From Macrostomum hystrix (lineage: Eukaryota > Animalia > Platyhelminthes), in contig CATNEN010000038.1 of NCBI GenBank assembly GCA_950097015.1, positions 12,586,001 through 12,650,000 on the forward strand: a stretch of DNA of 64,000 bases. Direction: 5' to 3'. The position numbers were made by a program, and so were the translations under genes. The first letter of the stretch is position 1. The number at the start of each line of letters is the position of its first letter. The notes beneath the pieces were generated by a model. That model was not told the DNA's origin. It worked only from the letters and a program-made list of their open reading frames with translations, and made no database searches. Shown here piece after piece: positions 49,601-62,236 of this stretch.

Positions 49601-51019
49601 ACACAGCAGACAGGGACACCCGTCATTCGAAAAGAAAATCTACTAAAAAAGAGAGAGAAAGAGGTGGACTCTTCCTTCTGTAGATGAGGCAGGCGGGCGC
49701 CCCTTCCAACTACCTCCACCTCCTCTGGGCCCCGCGTCAAGTCAGGCAGGCCGCAAATTAGAGGCCGGGCAAGAGGGCGGAGTGAGCAGAGAGAAGCGAA
49801 GGAGAAGTCGCCGGGGACAAGACAGGAGGGGAGGCGGAAGGCAGCCGGCGAGGAGTGGAATCAGAGGGGGAGCAGAGAAATGGCAGATGAAAGGCAGGCT
49901 GGACACTCGAGCTTCGAACAACACTGGCGCCACTCACAACTTTGCAGAGAGACCAAGAAAAATAGGCAAAGATGAGAGATGAGAAGAGACGCCAGGGCTA
50001 GGGAAAGAAAATAGAGGATAGTTTGGTGCAGAGGAGACATCAAGTGTGATGCTCGTCACAAGCACACAGACAGAGAGATAGAGCGTTCTTTACTAAAAAG
50101 GCCTGACAGGGTTGGAAGGAGAAAGTATTAGAAGTTGCGCGGTGACAGCCACAGGCCACAGGAATTCGAAGTTGCAAATGCATCTGGTTTTTCGCATCGA
50201 GGTCTTTGACGCAAAATATTAGATATAAGGGGAATACAAGAGTGCGCAAAGTAAACCAGGGAGAAGAAAGATTAAGAGAAACGGGAAGCAGAAAGTGGGC
50301 TGAGAGAAGCTGTCAGCGACAGCCACCCCAACTCTCATTCACATTTGAGTTTTTCACAGCCGCCAAGCCTACTATATCCTATATCCATGCTTCCAGAGCC
50401 AAATGCTCGACAACGCGGTCGAATTCGGTGACATCCCATAGCCCGGAGGCAAACCTAATATATTCGACAGGCTAAAAACAGTGGAGCCCAAAATGCGCTT
50501 GCAGATTGCAATCTTCGTCTCGGGGCACTCATTAAAGCACGCACTGACGCGCCGAGAGAGACCGGAGTTAGTGGGACAGTAGGACACACGCAGAGATGCG
50601 CCAACAGAGAGCTCACTTGTCGACACGCAGCGGCTTTTTCCCACTGTAGAATTGCAATATCCTCTCTGCCTCTTGGCGGGCTCAATCTCTCCTCGGGTCA
50701 TCTACATTTTGTCTGGGAAATTGTAGGACACACACTAGCCAATTTTTCAGCGCCAGTTAGCGCACGGAAATCTCAAATTCTGCCAGACCTGCTACTTTCC
50801 TGATCGTATTTCATTCACAACACAGCCACAAGTAACTGAATTTCATTCTAAAAGAAAAAGCACAATGAAGCAGACGAATATAGGTTAGTGCACGATACAG
50901 TTCAAAGGCGCAATTCGGATTTGCTGAATGCCGAAAAATTCCGAACATAAGGAATCCACACATGAACCCACGTGTATAAAAAGCCAGATTTTCTTCAATT
51001 TTTTTCGTTGGCTTCTCAG

Positions 51020-51140
51020 GGATAAGTGGCAGAGCGGTAAACGCATTTGCCTCTATGACTGATGTCCCCGAGCTCGATTCCGCAGTGAAAACGTATTTGG
51101 GGCACAGGCTGCAGGACCAAACCTTGATGGGGGTAGGACA
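51020..51140 (+). mobile_element. tRNA-derived SINE-like repeat, second copy
   Basis: TGGCAGAGCGG (51027), tttgcctct and gagctcgattccgcag (51070) match 16034-16096. Confidence 0.6.
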
Positions 51141-51282
51141 CAATGAGAGTGTACTGTATCTGACGATGTATGGCACCTGTACACACCTCCGTAAGTTTCT
51201 ACCTGCGCACAGTATCTGTGTCCAGCGGAATGGACAGAACTGTCTCCTCACTGGCTGCGGGTCTAGTATCGCAAAACCCAGT

Positions 51283-51507
51283 CGTATCTCTCCCGGTCTC
51301 AGCTCTCCCCGTCTCATCTCTCCCGGTCTCATCTCTCCCGGTCTCATCTCTACCAGTCTATCTCTCCCTGTCTCATCTCTCCCCGTCGTATCTCTCCTGT
51401 CTCAGCTCTTAGGGTCTCATCTCTCCCCGTATGATCTCTCCCAGTCTCATATCTCCTCATCTCATCTCTCTTCGTCTCCTATCTCCTCGTCTCATCTCTC
51501 CCCGTCT
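51283..51507. repeat. 15-bp CT-rich repeat
   Basis: tctcatctctcccgg. Confidence 0.85.
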
Positions 51508-52279
51508 GATCAGTGCCAATCCCATCCACAAACGCCTTTTGATTCTCTTTGTGGCTCACCAATGTATATAAAGGCCCATCCCTAGGCTAAAACAACGTGA
51601 ACACGTTGCAAACACTAAAATATACCTGGCGTTATGCAACAATGCCAACAAGTTCAGTTTTTTTCCAGTCTATTTTAATATAACATACAGGCATTAGTCA
51701 GCGCCTTGGAGATCGGATTAACAATGCTGCCTGACTCATTATCGAGTCGCCATTAGGGTTCAGAGAAGTCCCCGGATTATATACCAGGGGTCTAGAATTA
51801 CCGGTCTATGCATTCTGTGCATCCAATAAATTGCCTAGGCCCAATTCTGCTTGGCATGTGTTCTCATTCTAAACGAGAACTAGCAGAAACCAAAAAACTC
51901 AGGATGCTCACCAAACACTAAGTAAACTTGACGCATTGCAGAGGCAGGCAATTAACGAGCCAAGCTCATAGAAAACAATTGCTGTTCCAAGAACAGGATG
52001 GATGGGTGGTGATGTGAAAGTGGCTGCAAGGACTAAGGGCCAACCAATTATTACGGGCGAAACAACAATGACCCACCAGCGTGCTGTTGCGCTGCTAACA
52101 ATGGTAGATGGTGCGCGCATTTGGTCTCCATTGTGAATGACACAACATGCACTAAATGTATTTTTATAAGAAAATTTTATCGATTTAATCAACCGATGAC
52201 CTGTGACTAAAGTACAAGCATGCTTGCAAAACAGTGTTCACACCCATTATGCAAGGAACACTTTGACATCGACTTCTGA

Positions 52280-52962
52280 CACTTATCACTGACTGGGTTT
52301 CTGGGAACTCAACTCCTGACACCTACAGGATTTCTGACGAATTAACTCCTGACGCTTACTGCATTTCTGACAACTCAACTCCTGACACATACTAGGTTTC
52401 TGACAACTCAACTCCTGACACTTGCTGGATTTCTGACGAATCAACTCACGACGCTAACTGTATTTCTGAGAACTCAGCTCCTAATACTTACTGGATTTCT
52501 GACAACTCAACTCCTGACACTTACTGGATTTCTGACAACTCAACTCCTGACACTTACTGGATTTCTGACGAATCAACTCATGACGCTTACTGGATTTCTG
52601 ACGAATCAACTCAGGACGCTTACTGTATTTCTGACAACTCAGCTCCTGATACTTACTGTATTTCTGACAACTCAGCTCCTGATACTTACTGTATTTCTGA
52701 CAACTCAGCTCCTTATATTTACTGGATTTCTGACAACTCAACTCCTGACACTTACTGTATTTCTGACAACTCAGCTCCTGATACTTACTGTATTTCTGAC
52801 AACTCAGCTCCTTATATTTACTGGATTTCTGACAACTCAACTCCTGACACTTACTGGATTTCTGACAACTCAACTCCTGACACTTACTGGATTTCTGACA
52901 ACTCAGCTCCTTATATTTACTGGATTTCTGACAACTCAACTCCTGACACTTCTGACTTCTGA
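52280..52962. repeat. 33-bp minisatellite
   Basis: ctcctgacacttactggatttctgacaactcaa. Confidence 0.95.
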
Positions 52963-54469
52963 CAAGTTAGCTGATGCAACATTTCGGTAAAACCTTAAAT
53001 AATACAAGCCATTGTTTTACGTCTTATGTCCTACGTTTTTTGAAAAACAAAAGTTCACGAGACAAAAGCATCCGTTGCTTTGATTAGTGACATCCTAAGG
53101 AAAAGTAAAAAATACATCAGGAATTTGAAAATAGTAAGTACCAGAATTCTACTCGCTTAAAGGACTGAAGAATTTAATAAATTGAATTTTTCAAATCATC
53201 AAATATAGTGCCAAATTAAAAACTATACGGTCGTACTCAGTGGAATATTCTTAAAAATGTATTTAGACGGAGCACTTAACCTTCTCAAAATTGCAGAATT
53301 TAGGAATAATTTTGACAAACACATGCTTAAAACAAATTGATTTAAGATGTGATGTGAAGCTTTTAGCTTAATGGTAGATCTAGACAAGCTCGAGAGAATT
53401 TCTAAGAAAACTAATTTTATACTTTTTCATTTCCAGTAGGGTGTGGGGGGAATCAGGCTAAATATCAAAGATGACATCGACAGGTGAGTCGACAGGCCCG
53501 TACTGCACTGAAACTACACAAACGAGGAGCTGCTGAAAAAAAAGTAGATATCCCAGCTCAAAGCTTGCTTTAATGTATGGGGGCGGCAAAGATCTGTCAG
53601 CTGGCGGATTAACTGTTTTGGGTCTACTTCCTCTCATTTTCCACTTACTAATCTTGACCGCATAGGCGGGCTGTGTCACGAGGCTAATGAATTCGAGTCG
53701 GTGATGACGGCGACCTCCTTTGGGAGGAAGAAGAGGCTGAAGTATCCAAAAAGGTTAGGAAAGCTGAGGAAAGCTAGGGAAGTCCCAAAACTTTTCTAAG
53801 AACTCAGCAGCAGCATCAGAAACTAAAAAAGTAATATTATCTTGAAAAAATTAGGGGAAGAGAGAGTTAGACGGGAAAAATCACCCAGCATGTAGTCGAT
53901 TGCCTTGATCCGCGAGGCGTGAAAGTTTGAGAAAAGGGTGCACAGTAGCTGCTCTACACTCGAGGCTCACTGGAAAATAATTTAGCAATGTCAACACTTT
54001 ATTAATACTACTTCCGCTATGCCTAGTTTCCAATTAAATTGTACAGTCCGACAGACGTCATTTTTATGTCTAGTGTGCCAAGGTCAAGTGATGAAAGCGA
54101 AGAGTCAGGTCAAGTATTGAGACTGCAAGGGTAAAAAAAACTAGATCTTCTGACTTTCGCAGCATACTATTTCTTGTTCAGAAGAGGAAAGCGAAACGCA
54201 TGACAAAGCTAATAAAAATTAAATATAAAAACTGTCTTTTGCTTTGAATACCACTATGAGTAGTATGGTCAGTAGTATCGGGATTTGCAAACTATTTGAG
54301 ATACTATCATCTGACTAGCTGAGAGTGGGCACTCAGTTTGAGGATCCGCGAGAAATGAAACTTAATTTATGGATCAGAGATAATAAACTGGGAAATTAGT
54401 ATTTTATCAGAGCAACTGAGAAATTGTTCTTAATCTGAGAATCATAAGGATCAATCTGGGATTATAGGA

Positions 54470-55178
54470 ATGGAAACTCAACCTCAAGGATCTTCAAGGA
54501 GCCTTAACATGAAAGATCTTTGAGAGTGGAACATCAACCTGAATGGCCAATGAGAGTGGAACCTCAACCTGAAGAGTCTATGAGAGTGAAACCTCAACCT
54601 GAAGAGTCTATGAGATTGGAACCTTAACCTCAAGGATCTTTAAGAAACCTCAATCTGAAGGGTCTATGAGAGTGGAACCTTAAACTTAAGGATCTTTAAG
54701 AAACCTCAACCTGAAGAGTCTATGAGAGTGGAACCTTAACCTCAAGGATCTTTAAGAAACCTCAACCTGAAGAGTCTATGAGAGTGGAAACCTTAACCTC
54801 AAGGATCTTTAAGAAACCTCAATCTGAAGGGTCTATGAGAGTGGAACCTTAACCTCAAGTATCTTTAAGAAACCTCAACCTGAAGAGTCTATGAGAGTGG
54901 AAACCTTAACCTCAAGGATCTTTAAGAAACCTCAACCTGAAGAGTCTATGAGAGTGGAAACCTTAACCTCAAGGATCTTTAAGAAACCTCAATCTGAAGG
55001 GTCTATGAGAGTGGAACCTTAACCTCAAGTATCTTTAAGGAACCTCAACCTGAAGAGTCCATGAGAGTGGAACCTCAACCTGAAGAGTCCATGAGAGTGG
55101 AACCTCAACCTGAAGAGTCCATGAGAGTGGAACCTCAACCTGAAGAGTCCATGAGAGTGGAACCTCAACCTGAATGGA
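54470..55178. repeat. Compound minisatellite (alternating ~27-30-bp units)
   Basis: gaacctcaacctgaagagtctatgagagtg and aaccttaacctcaaggatctttaag. Confidence 0.93.
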
Positions 55179-58100
55179 CTATGATAAACTATGAGTTGTG
55201 GGAGAATGAATAAAATTTTGACATATTTTCAATGGTTAAATGGCAGTAAAAAATAATCATGATACAAATATTCGATCAATAAATACACCCCTTACCTGTT
55301 CCATTATTGTTAAATCACATAGACAGTTCAGCCACAAAGATTTCGGAACACTTAGATAAGACTGGCAGTTACAAGCAACAATCAACCATCGATAACACCT
55401 GCTCAATGTAGGACAGCTATTCATTATTTTGAAGAGTAAGAGCCGGGAGCCAAGTGTCAAAGGCACTAGATGCTGTAACCATGATTAGATTTTTTATTTA
55501 AAGTAAAATACACAAAACCTTTAAGTTCATTATCACAGTTATTGATGCATCAATGTTAACACAAACAAACTTTGTGGTATAAATGGTAAATTAAAATAAA
55601 GAAGATAGCAGCTTCTTTTGAACCTTAGAAATTTCATTTACATTGGTGAAAGAATCGAAGCATTGAAAAATCAATATCAAATCAAAGAAACAATATTCAA
55701 CAGTAGGCTATTCAAGGAATATGGAAAGTAGCTATTTAATGCAGCATATTCAAGGCAATATAAAGTTGATTTCAATATATGATTCCTTTTTTGAAGCACT
55801 ACTATGCTTAATTAAATATTTATTTTAGCTTTAATTAATGACACAAGTAGAATAGAATTTAAGCCTTTAATAATTTTCTGTAAACTCACATTTAATTACC
55901 ATGTTAATGACCTACCAATGACCAACCAAAAAGAGGTTGATGTGCTATTTAAGTTAGACAACATACAAGGACAACATACAAGCATAATTGTAATTGTAAC
56001 ACAAAAACGAAATATTGTATAGTACAAGCTAGCATGATGATACATAAATATCTATTTATGCTAAAAAAAATCTTGCCAACAAAACATAAAAAAAATTTGA
56101 GAATATAGTTAAGCCTACATGTATAACTTAAAATTTATTTTGAACTAAAACTGGTGAAAACTCTTAAATGTCATTATATCACAGATAAGGTATAAACTAA
56201 TACAGCTACTTTTTCATGTGTCTACTATCTTCCTACATTGATGGAACTTGATAAAATATTCTCAGACAAAGGCACATTGACAATATATTTTTAAGAATTA
56301 ATAAACATAAACATTCTAGATTCATAGAAAAGCATATATATACTGCTACAATAACATAGACAAGGAATAATTAAAATTCAGCCTACGCTAATACTTAACT
56401 TAAATATTATTTCTTTTTACATTTTAAATGAAAAGTTTTGAAAAAAACACCACATGGAATTTTTTCTGAGCAACATTGCAAGGCAACATAGCCTAGTTGA
56501 TATGTACTCTTTCCTGTAATGTAAATTGTAGGCTTACAATTAAGTCCTTACACTAGCATTACCAGGCTATAGTCAGGACTATGCATTGTGTGCACCAGAA
56601 GCAAGCCACCCTAAAATGTATAATGTGGTCTAGGTATGGCAGGGAAATTTAATTGCACACTATAAGTGCTAACTTTTGTGGTATGCAAGATGATATATCA
56701 TGCTGTATGCATAATAATCTTTTTGAAAACTTGGCATGTGAGTTGTTCTTAAAAAGCTAATACTAGAAATTTCCAACACAAACATAATCTTGAGAACGGT
56801 TGCTATGAGTTTTTTTTCTTAATATAAAACAAAGCCATGGAAGTCCATGTGGGTTTGATTCTGAGCAAATGGAAAACTGATTCCGCAAAAAATCTTGCCT
56901 GGGCTAGTACTCTACTCTGGTCCATAGTAGATAGGCCCAGGATAATAGATAGGCCCATACCTAAGGCAGGGCCTAGCAATTTTATATATATTCAATTCAT
57001 ACTGCAAGGCTAGGTCTAGGCTTAGCTACTGCTTAGTCAATCCATATATAGACCTATATAACATTGCTTGCTAGACTCAGACTTGCTCAAACAATAAGTA
57101 AAAACAGTATATATGAGCTTGCTATGCGCTGCCTTTAAGATCAGCAACAAGCAAGTCACTATGTGGCACTCTATTACCCATTGGCCTGACTTATCTAAGG
57201 GAACTACTGCCCTATTGACAACTCTAGCTGGCAGGGCATCTGGGTCAAGTCCTACTGCCACAGCTAATACAGGTGTTGCTGCTTGTACTACAGGCACCTT
57301 TCTGGTGTAGCCAAGCCCAAACTTGGTGATTCATTGATTTCCTCCTGGTGTTAGCACCCTAGACACTAACAGTGCAGCTTTTTTTCTTGCCTAGGCTCTA
57401 AAGCATGCCCTATGACTGTGATGGTTGCTAGGCATTTTGGTTCTTACTTTTTGGTGCCTAGTGTTGCTTTTTGTTTGTTGCAGTTGCAAAACAGCCAGAC
57501 AGATACATTGCTAATAATACATTGTTATTTTATATAATGTCTTATACTATATATATTTGTATAGACAGCATTAAAAAAGTACAGAAAGCAAGACTAGGCT
57601 TGCTTGGGGTGAGTGCGTCAGTGGCTAATGTCCCTGCCTCACTTTCCAATGGTCACTGGTTTGTTCCTCCATACAAGTCACAAATTATTTTGGTGCTTAG
57701 TTGGAAGTAGTGATTTGGGGGATTGCACCTTATGCACTTTATACAACCAAAGCTAATTTAAAATAGTTTAACCCAGTTGCTTTCTATATGCCTCCTTGTT
57801 TGTGTTGTGTTTGTGCATTGGGCGGGTGTGAGGTGTTGTATAGGGGGCAGGCCAGGTGTGCACCAATATGTACTCTTGTCCCTACCCTTCAGGCTTCAGG
57901 TATCTAAGTCTTCCCTTGGTTTGGTCTACTCTGTGTGTGTCCAGGCTTAGGGTGAGAGACACTCTGGCTGCCACCACTTTCCCTGCTTAGATTGTTGCTG
58001 TTTGTGAGGTGCCTAAGTCCAGGGGTCTAGATGGCACAATGGGCGACCCCTGCCTAGTTTGCCAGCTTGGGGCATGCCATTCCTACACTTGTGCATTTAG

Positions 58101-59435
58101 TAGGCCTACCCTAGGCACCCTTGCAAATAAGCAGTGGCAGCGCAGGGGGGGCGGGGGGCGGGCTGCCCCCAGGTGACCACCCCTCACCACCCTCAGGGGG
58201 TGACCACCCACTTAAAAAAAATTCGTACTTTACCATATTTTTTCAAAAGTGTGGTCACCCCATGGGGCATGGGGGTGGTCACCTGAGACCTCAGGGGGGG
58301 TGGTCACCCGGTAGGGCCTATAGGCTGTAAGGGTGGTCACCCTTTGAGGGTGAACTGCGAACTGGGCCTGGGCGATAACGAATCCTAATGATTTTGGAAA
58401 GCTGGAATGTAATTATTTTTCTTGGAAAACACCATTAGCCTAATTCATGGAATCAAAGAACTTATTACAAATAATGTTTTTCAAAATAAATTCTAAGAAT
58501 CAGGTGAATGTTTATATAATATATATATTGTCAATATTGAAAATCTCTTGCTGCAAAATTTGCATATTATATTCATCTTTGACTTTGTTTTTTAAGCAAT
58601 ATAGTGTGTTTAGCAAAAGGCAAGAGCACTGACCAGTCTGACCTGTTTATTATCATCATAAGCAAAAGCTATGAAGCAATAAAAGTCATAAATTCTCATA
58701 ATTCATCAATTATAATTTTTCATATGTGATGTGGTACTGGTATCCTATATTCCTGATTCAGAAATCATAATACTTTAATGTCAGGCAGACAGGCATCATA
58801 GGACTAATGGTCTCACTCTTATCTGGAATTTTTATGATATGTTTTGTAAAAAGACAGAATACTATAAATAAAAAGACAAAAAGTAACTATATCATTTTTT
58901 CACTGTAAGTTTATTTGTTAAAGTTCAATATCCAAGACTGAAGACAATACTGATCACTGGAATAGTACTGTGGCAGTTATCTAGACTCATTTTGTAACAT
59001 ACTTCTGTATTATGCCTGATTCATTGACCAAACTATCACATTCTTGATAGCTTAGCCTAGACTAATTTTTCTATTTGGTTGAAAATGTGTTAATTCAGAT
59101 GACATACCCATCAAAATTTGGCTCTATCATATGATGTTGGGTTGGGGTATTTTAAAACCTGACACTTTCTGACTTAAGTCTTTCTCTTAAAGCAAGGTCT
59201 CATGACAACATTCCAAAGGGCAAACTTGAGTATTATAGCTGACATTTCCTTCTGGATTTGGGTATGTAATTAGATATTTTGGTAAAGATAAATCATGATT
59301 CAAGATAGATCCATGACATAAATAAAAAGACCATTATATGAACTATTGGACTATAAAGAATATTTATTTTATAATTTTGGAAAGACAATATAACTGTATG
59401 ACCTATATACCTTTATTTCAGAGTTCAGACACATC

Positions 59436-62236
59436 ATGAAAAGACACCGAATTCGTCTCAATAGACCAAGTGGGGCTGCCCAAAGGCAAGAAAAACGACA
59501 CAGAGAGGAGGCAGCCAAATAAAATACAATTGACCTGCGCAATTTCTTCACTTCCAGAGATGGCGAAGTTGAAAACCAAGGGCATAATGTAGTTGATGAG
59601 GATCATTTGGTTGGTACAGAGGATAAAGATGAAGAAGATAAGGATCAGGTGCTGGTTGCTGAAGAGAAGGATGGAGGAGATGAGGCTCAGGTGTTTGCTG
59701 GCACAGAAGATGAAGAGGAGAAGACAGCAAGTGATGAGGAACATGATGAAGGACATCCAATTCCAATTGATTCAAATGAAGAAGGCAGTGGTAATGCAGA
59801 TGAAGTACCATTTAATGACATTGCTGACTGGCCACAAGTCATGTCACCAGCTGTAAGGAAGATGATCATTGAGGCTGGCTCAATAGCAATCCAGCACAAG
59901 GATGGACCATTCCACGTGCACAAGAAGGCAGGAGAAAACTACCCACGCACTTTGGACTGCTCATGGTTCTATTGGACTCAAGTGAATGGAGAGAGAACGC
60001 TGAGAACTTGGATGGTATACTCACCAAAAGCTGGTGCCCTCTTCTGCTTTTGCCGCAAGCTGCTTAAGGGAAACAAGTCGTCTCTTTGTCACCCAAGGGT
60101 TCAGGAACTGGGGCAAGTTGAATACAAAAGTAGAGAACGACGAAAATTCAAATGAGCACAACGAGTGCCTGCTTCAATGGAAGGCGATGTCAATGAAGAC
60201 AACTGTGGATGTTGTGATGGAGACAATTCTAGAAGACAATTGGCAGAAGCTTAGAGCTGCAGTTCTAGAGAGGATCCTAGCAATCATCCTCTACCTCGCT
60301 CAACAAAGCCTTGCCTTTTGTGGCCACCGAGAGGGACTGGACAGCGAGAATCAAGGCAACTTCCTTGAACTTGTGAAAATGATGGCGCGTTTTGACCCAG
60401 TCCTGGCTGCCCATCTTCATGATGATCAGGGGAAGCAGAATAAGAGGAAGATCACATACATGTCAAAGGACATCCAAAATGAATTCATTGCTCCTCGCAG
60501 AAGAGGTGAGGAGAGTCCTTATTGGGAAGATCAAGGAGGCCAGATACTTCTCAATAATGCTTGACAGCACACCGGACATGTCTCATGTGGATCAACTCAG
60601 CATTGTCATCAGGTATGTGAACTGCCGCGGGAATCCTGTAGAGTCATTTCTTGGATTCCTGAAACTCGATGGACATCAAGTGCAGCAGATCTCTGACAAA
60701 ATCATCAAGAGGCTGGAAGATCTTGATCTCGACATTCAGAACTGCCGTGGTCAGGGCTATTACAAAAATGCAGCAAACATGTCTGGAGTCCATGGAGGTG
60801 TTCAGAAGTTGATCAGGGACCAAAACCCCCTTGCAAGGTTTATCCCTTGCTCTAATCCCAGCCTCAACCTCGCCGGATCACACGCATGTTCCACAGATGT
60901 GGTGACTGCGTTTCACTATCAGTGCAGAGTAGGGGATTGTGGGTGTTATTTTTCTCTCTCTCTCTCGCAATGTACTCGCGCATGTGCGTACTCTGGAGCG
61001 CGTGCACACCCAGAGGTAGCGGCTGATTGGTCAGCCTGGTCAGGCTGAGAAATAAACTTATATTTATTTAGAGAGCTAGGCTTGGCCTGCTCTGAAGAGC
61101 TTCTCTCTCTGCAAGCCACGCTGACTTTATTACAACAACTGTAGGGGCTGTGACCTTCTTCGGGACTGTTCAGAGAGTCTTCACTTTCTTCTCGGCTTCG
61201 ACTGGTCGTTGGGCTGCTTTGGAAGCCCAGATAGACATTGATGGGCAAGGCCTCAAGCCAAAGAGGCTAATTGAGATGAGATGGAATGCTCACTATGAGG
61301 CCGTACAAGCTCTACGGGCTCGACTGGAGAATATCCTGGATGTACTGGACAACATGAGCAAACCTTCTCTGTCGACACAAGGTCGGAGGCAATTTCTCTG
61401 TCCACGGCCATCTGCTCCTTCTCGTTCTTTGCCCATCTGCACTATTGGGAGCCCATCCTGAAGGAGATCAATGTCGTTCAAAAGGCTTTTCAACAGAGAG
61501 GATTGGGTCTTGACTCAACTAAGGTTTATGTTGTTAGGCTTGAGCACTTTTTGAATCAGTCACGAGAAGATGTTGTCAGTGATGCAGTCCATGAAGCAGA
61601 GTCCCTCTGTGAGAAAATGGGGGTCATGATGGAGAAACGCATGCCACGATAAAGAGGATGCCAGGAGAGAACGCCAAGGATGCGGGCTTGACCCCAAAGG
61701 AAGAAATTTGAAGGCAATTACTATCATCCCATGACAGGTTGTGTCAGGAGCTTTCTTCCAGATTTGATGCCATTAAATCGACCTGCGATATTTTCTGCCT
61801 CATTGATGTCCTCTTCACAAAAAGAAACATTGGAGAGGAGGTGGAAAAAGTTGTAGAGACCTTCCCCAAGGAAATCTCTAAAGACCTTGAGGTCGAAGTT
61901 CATCGACTCCGAAGATTGGTGCCTAGCGAGATCAATGAGAAGTCCACTGCAGAGGAAGTGCTACAATGGGCTCTCAGGATGGAGCAACAAGATGTCCTGC
62001 CTAACCTCATTGTGCTGTTGCAGCTGTTTTTGACCTCGGCTGTGTCTGTTGCATCCTGCAAAAGAAGCTTTTCAAAGCTGAAGCTCATCAAGAGTTACCT
62101 ACGGTCAACCATGTCTCAAGCTCGGCTTGATGGTCTCTCCATCCTTTCTATTGAGCAGGAAGAGGCCAAAGCTCTGGACTTCAGCAAAATCATCAATAAC
62201 TTTGCCAAAAAGAAGTCCCGCCTTGGTGCACTCTAG
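59436..62236 (+). pseudogene. Disrupted hAT transposase
   Basis: Fragments in several frames: TTF-type Zn finger (WMVYSPKAGALFCFC), DUF4371 (LAFxGH..GNFLEL..YMSKDIQNE), YFSIMLDSTPD, CRGQGY, C-terminal dimerisation (RSFSKLKLIKSYLRSTMSQARL). Multiple stops and frameshifts, plus an insertion at ~60898-61139. Confidence 0.93.
60898..61137 (+). mobile_element. Putative solo-LTR-like insertion in the transposase
   Basis: 240 bp with ends TGTGGTGA...TTACAACA (imperfect inverted ends) and AATAAA at 61051. Removing it (plus 2 nt) restores HACSTDVGAVTFFG. No TSD found. Confidence 0.55.

Noticed and set aside
53885-53969. In-frame TGA at the exon start as possible selenocysteine
   Set aside because: No recognisable selenoprotein motif or SECIS element, and the frame is not established.
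55250-58131. Protein-coding remnant in the CpG-poor block flanking the hAT
   Set aside because: No recognisable domain or element termini could be read.
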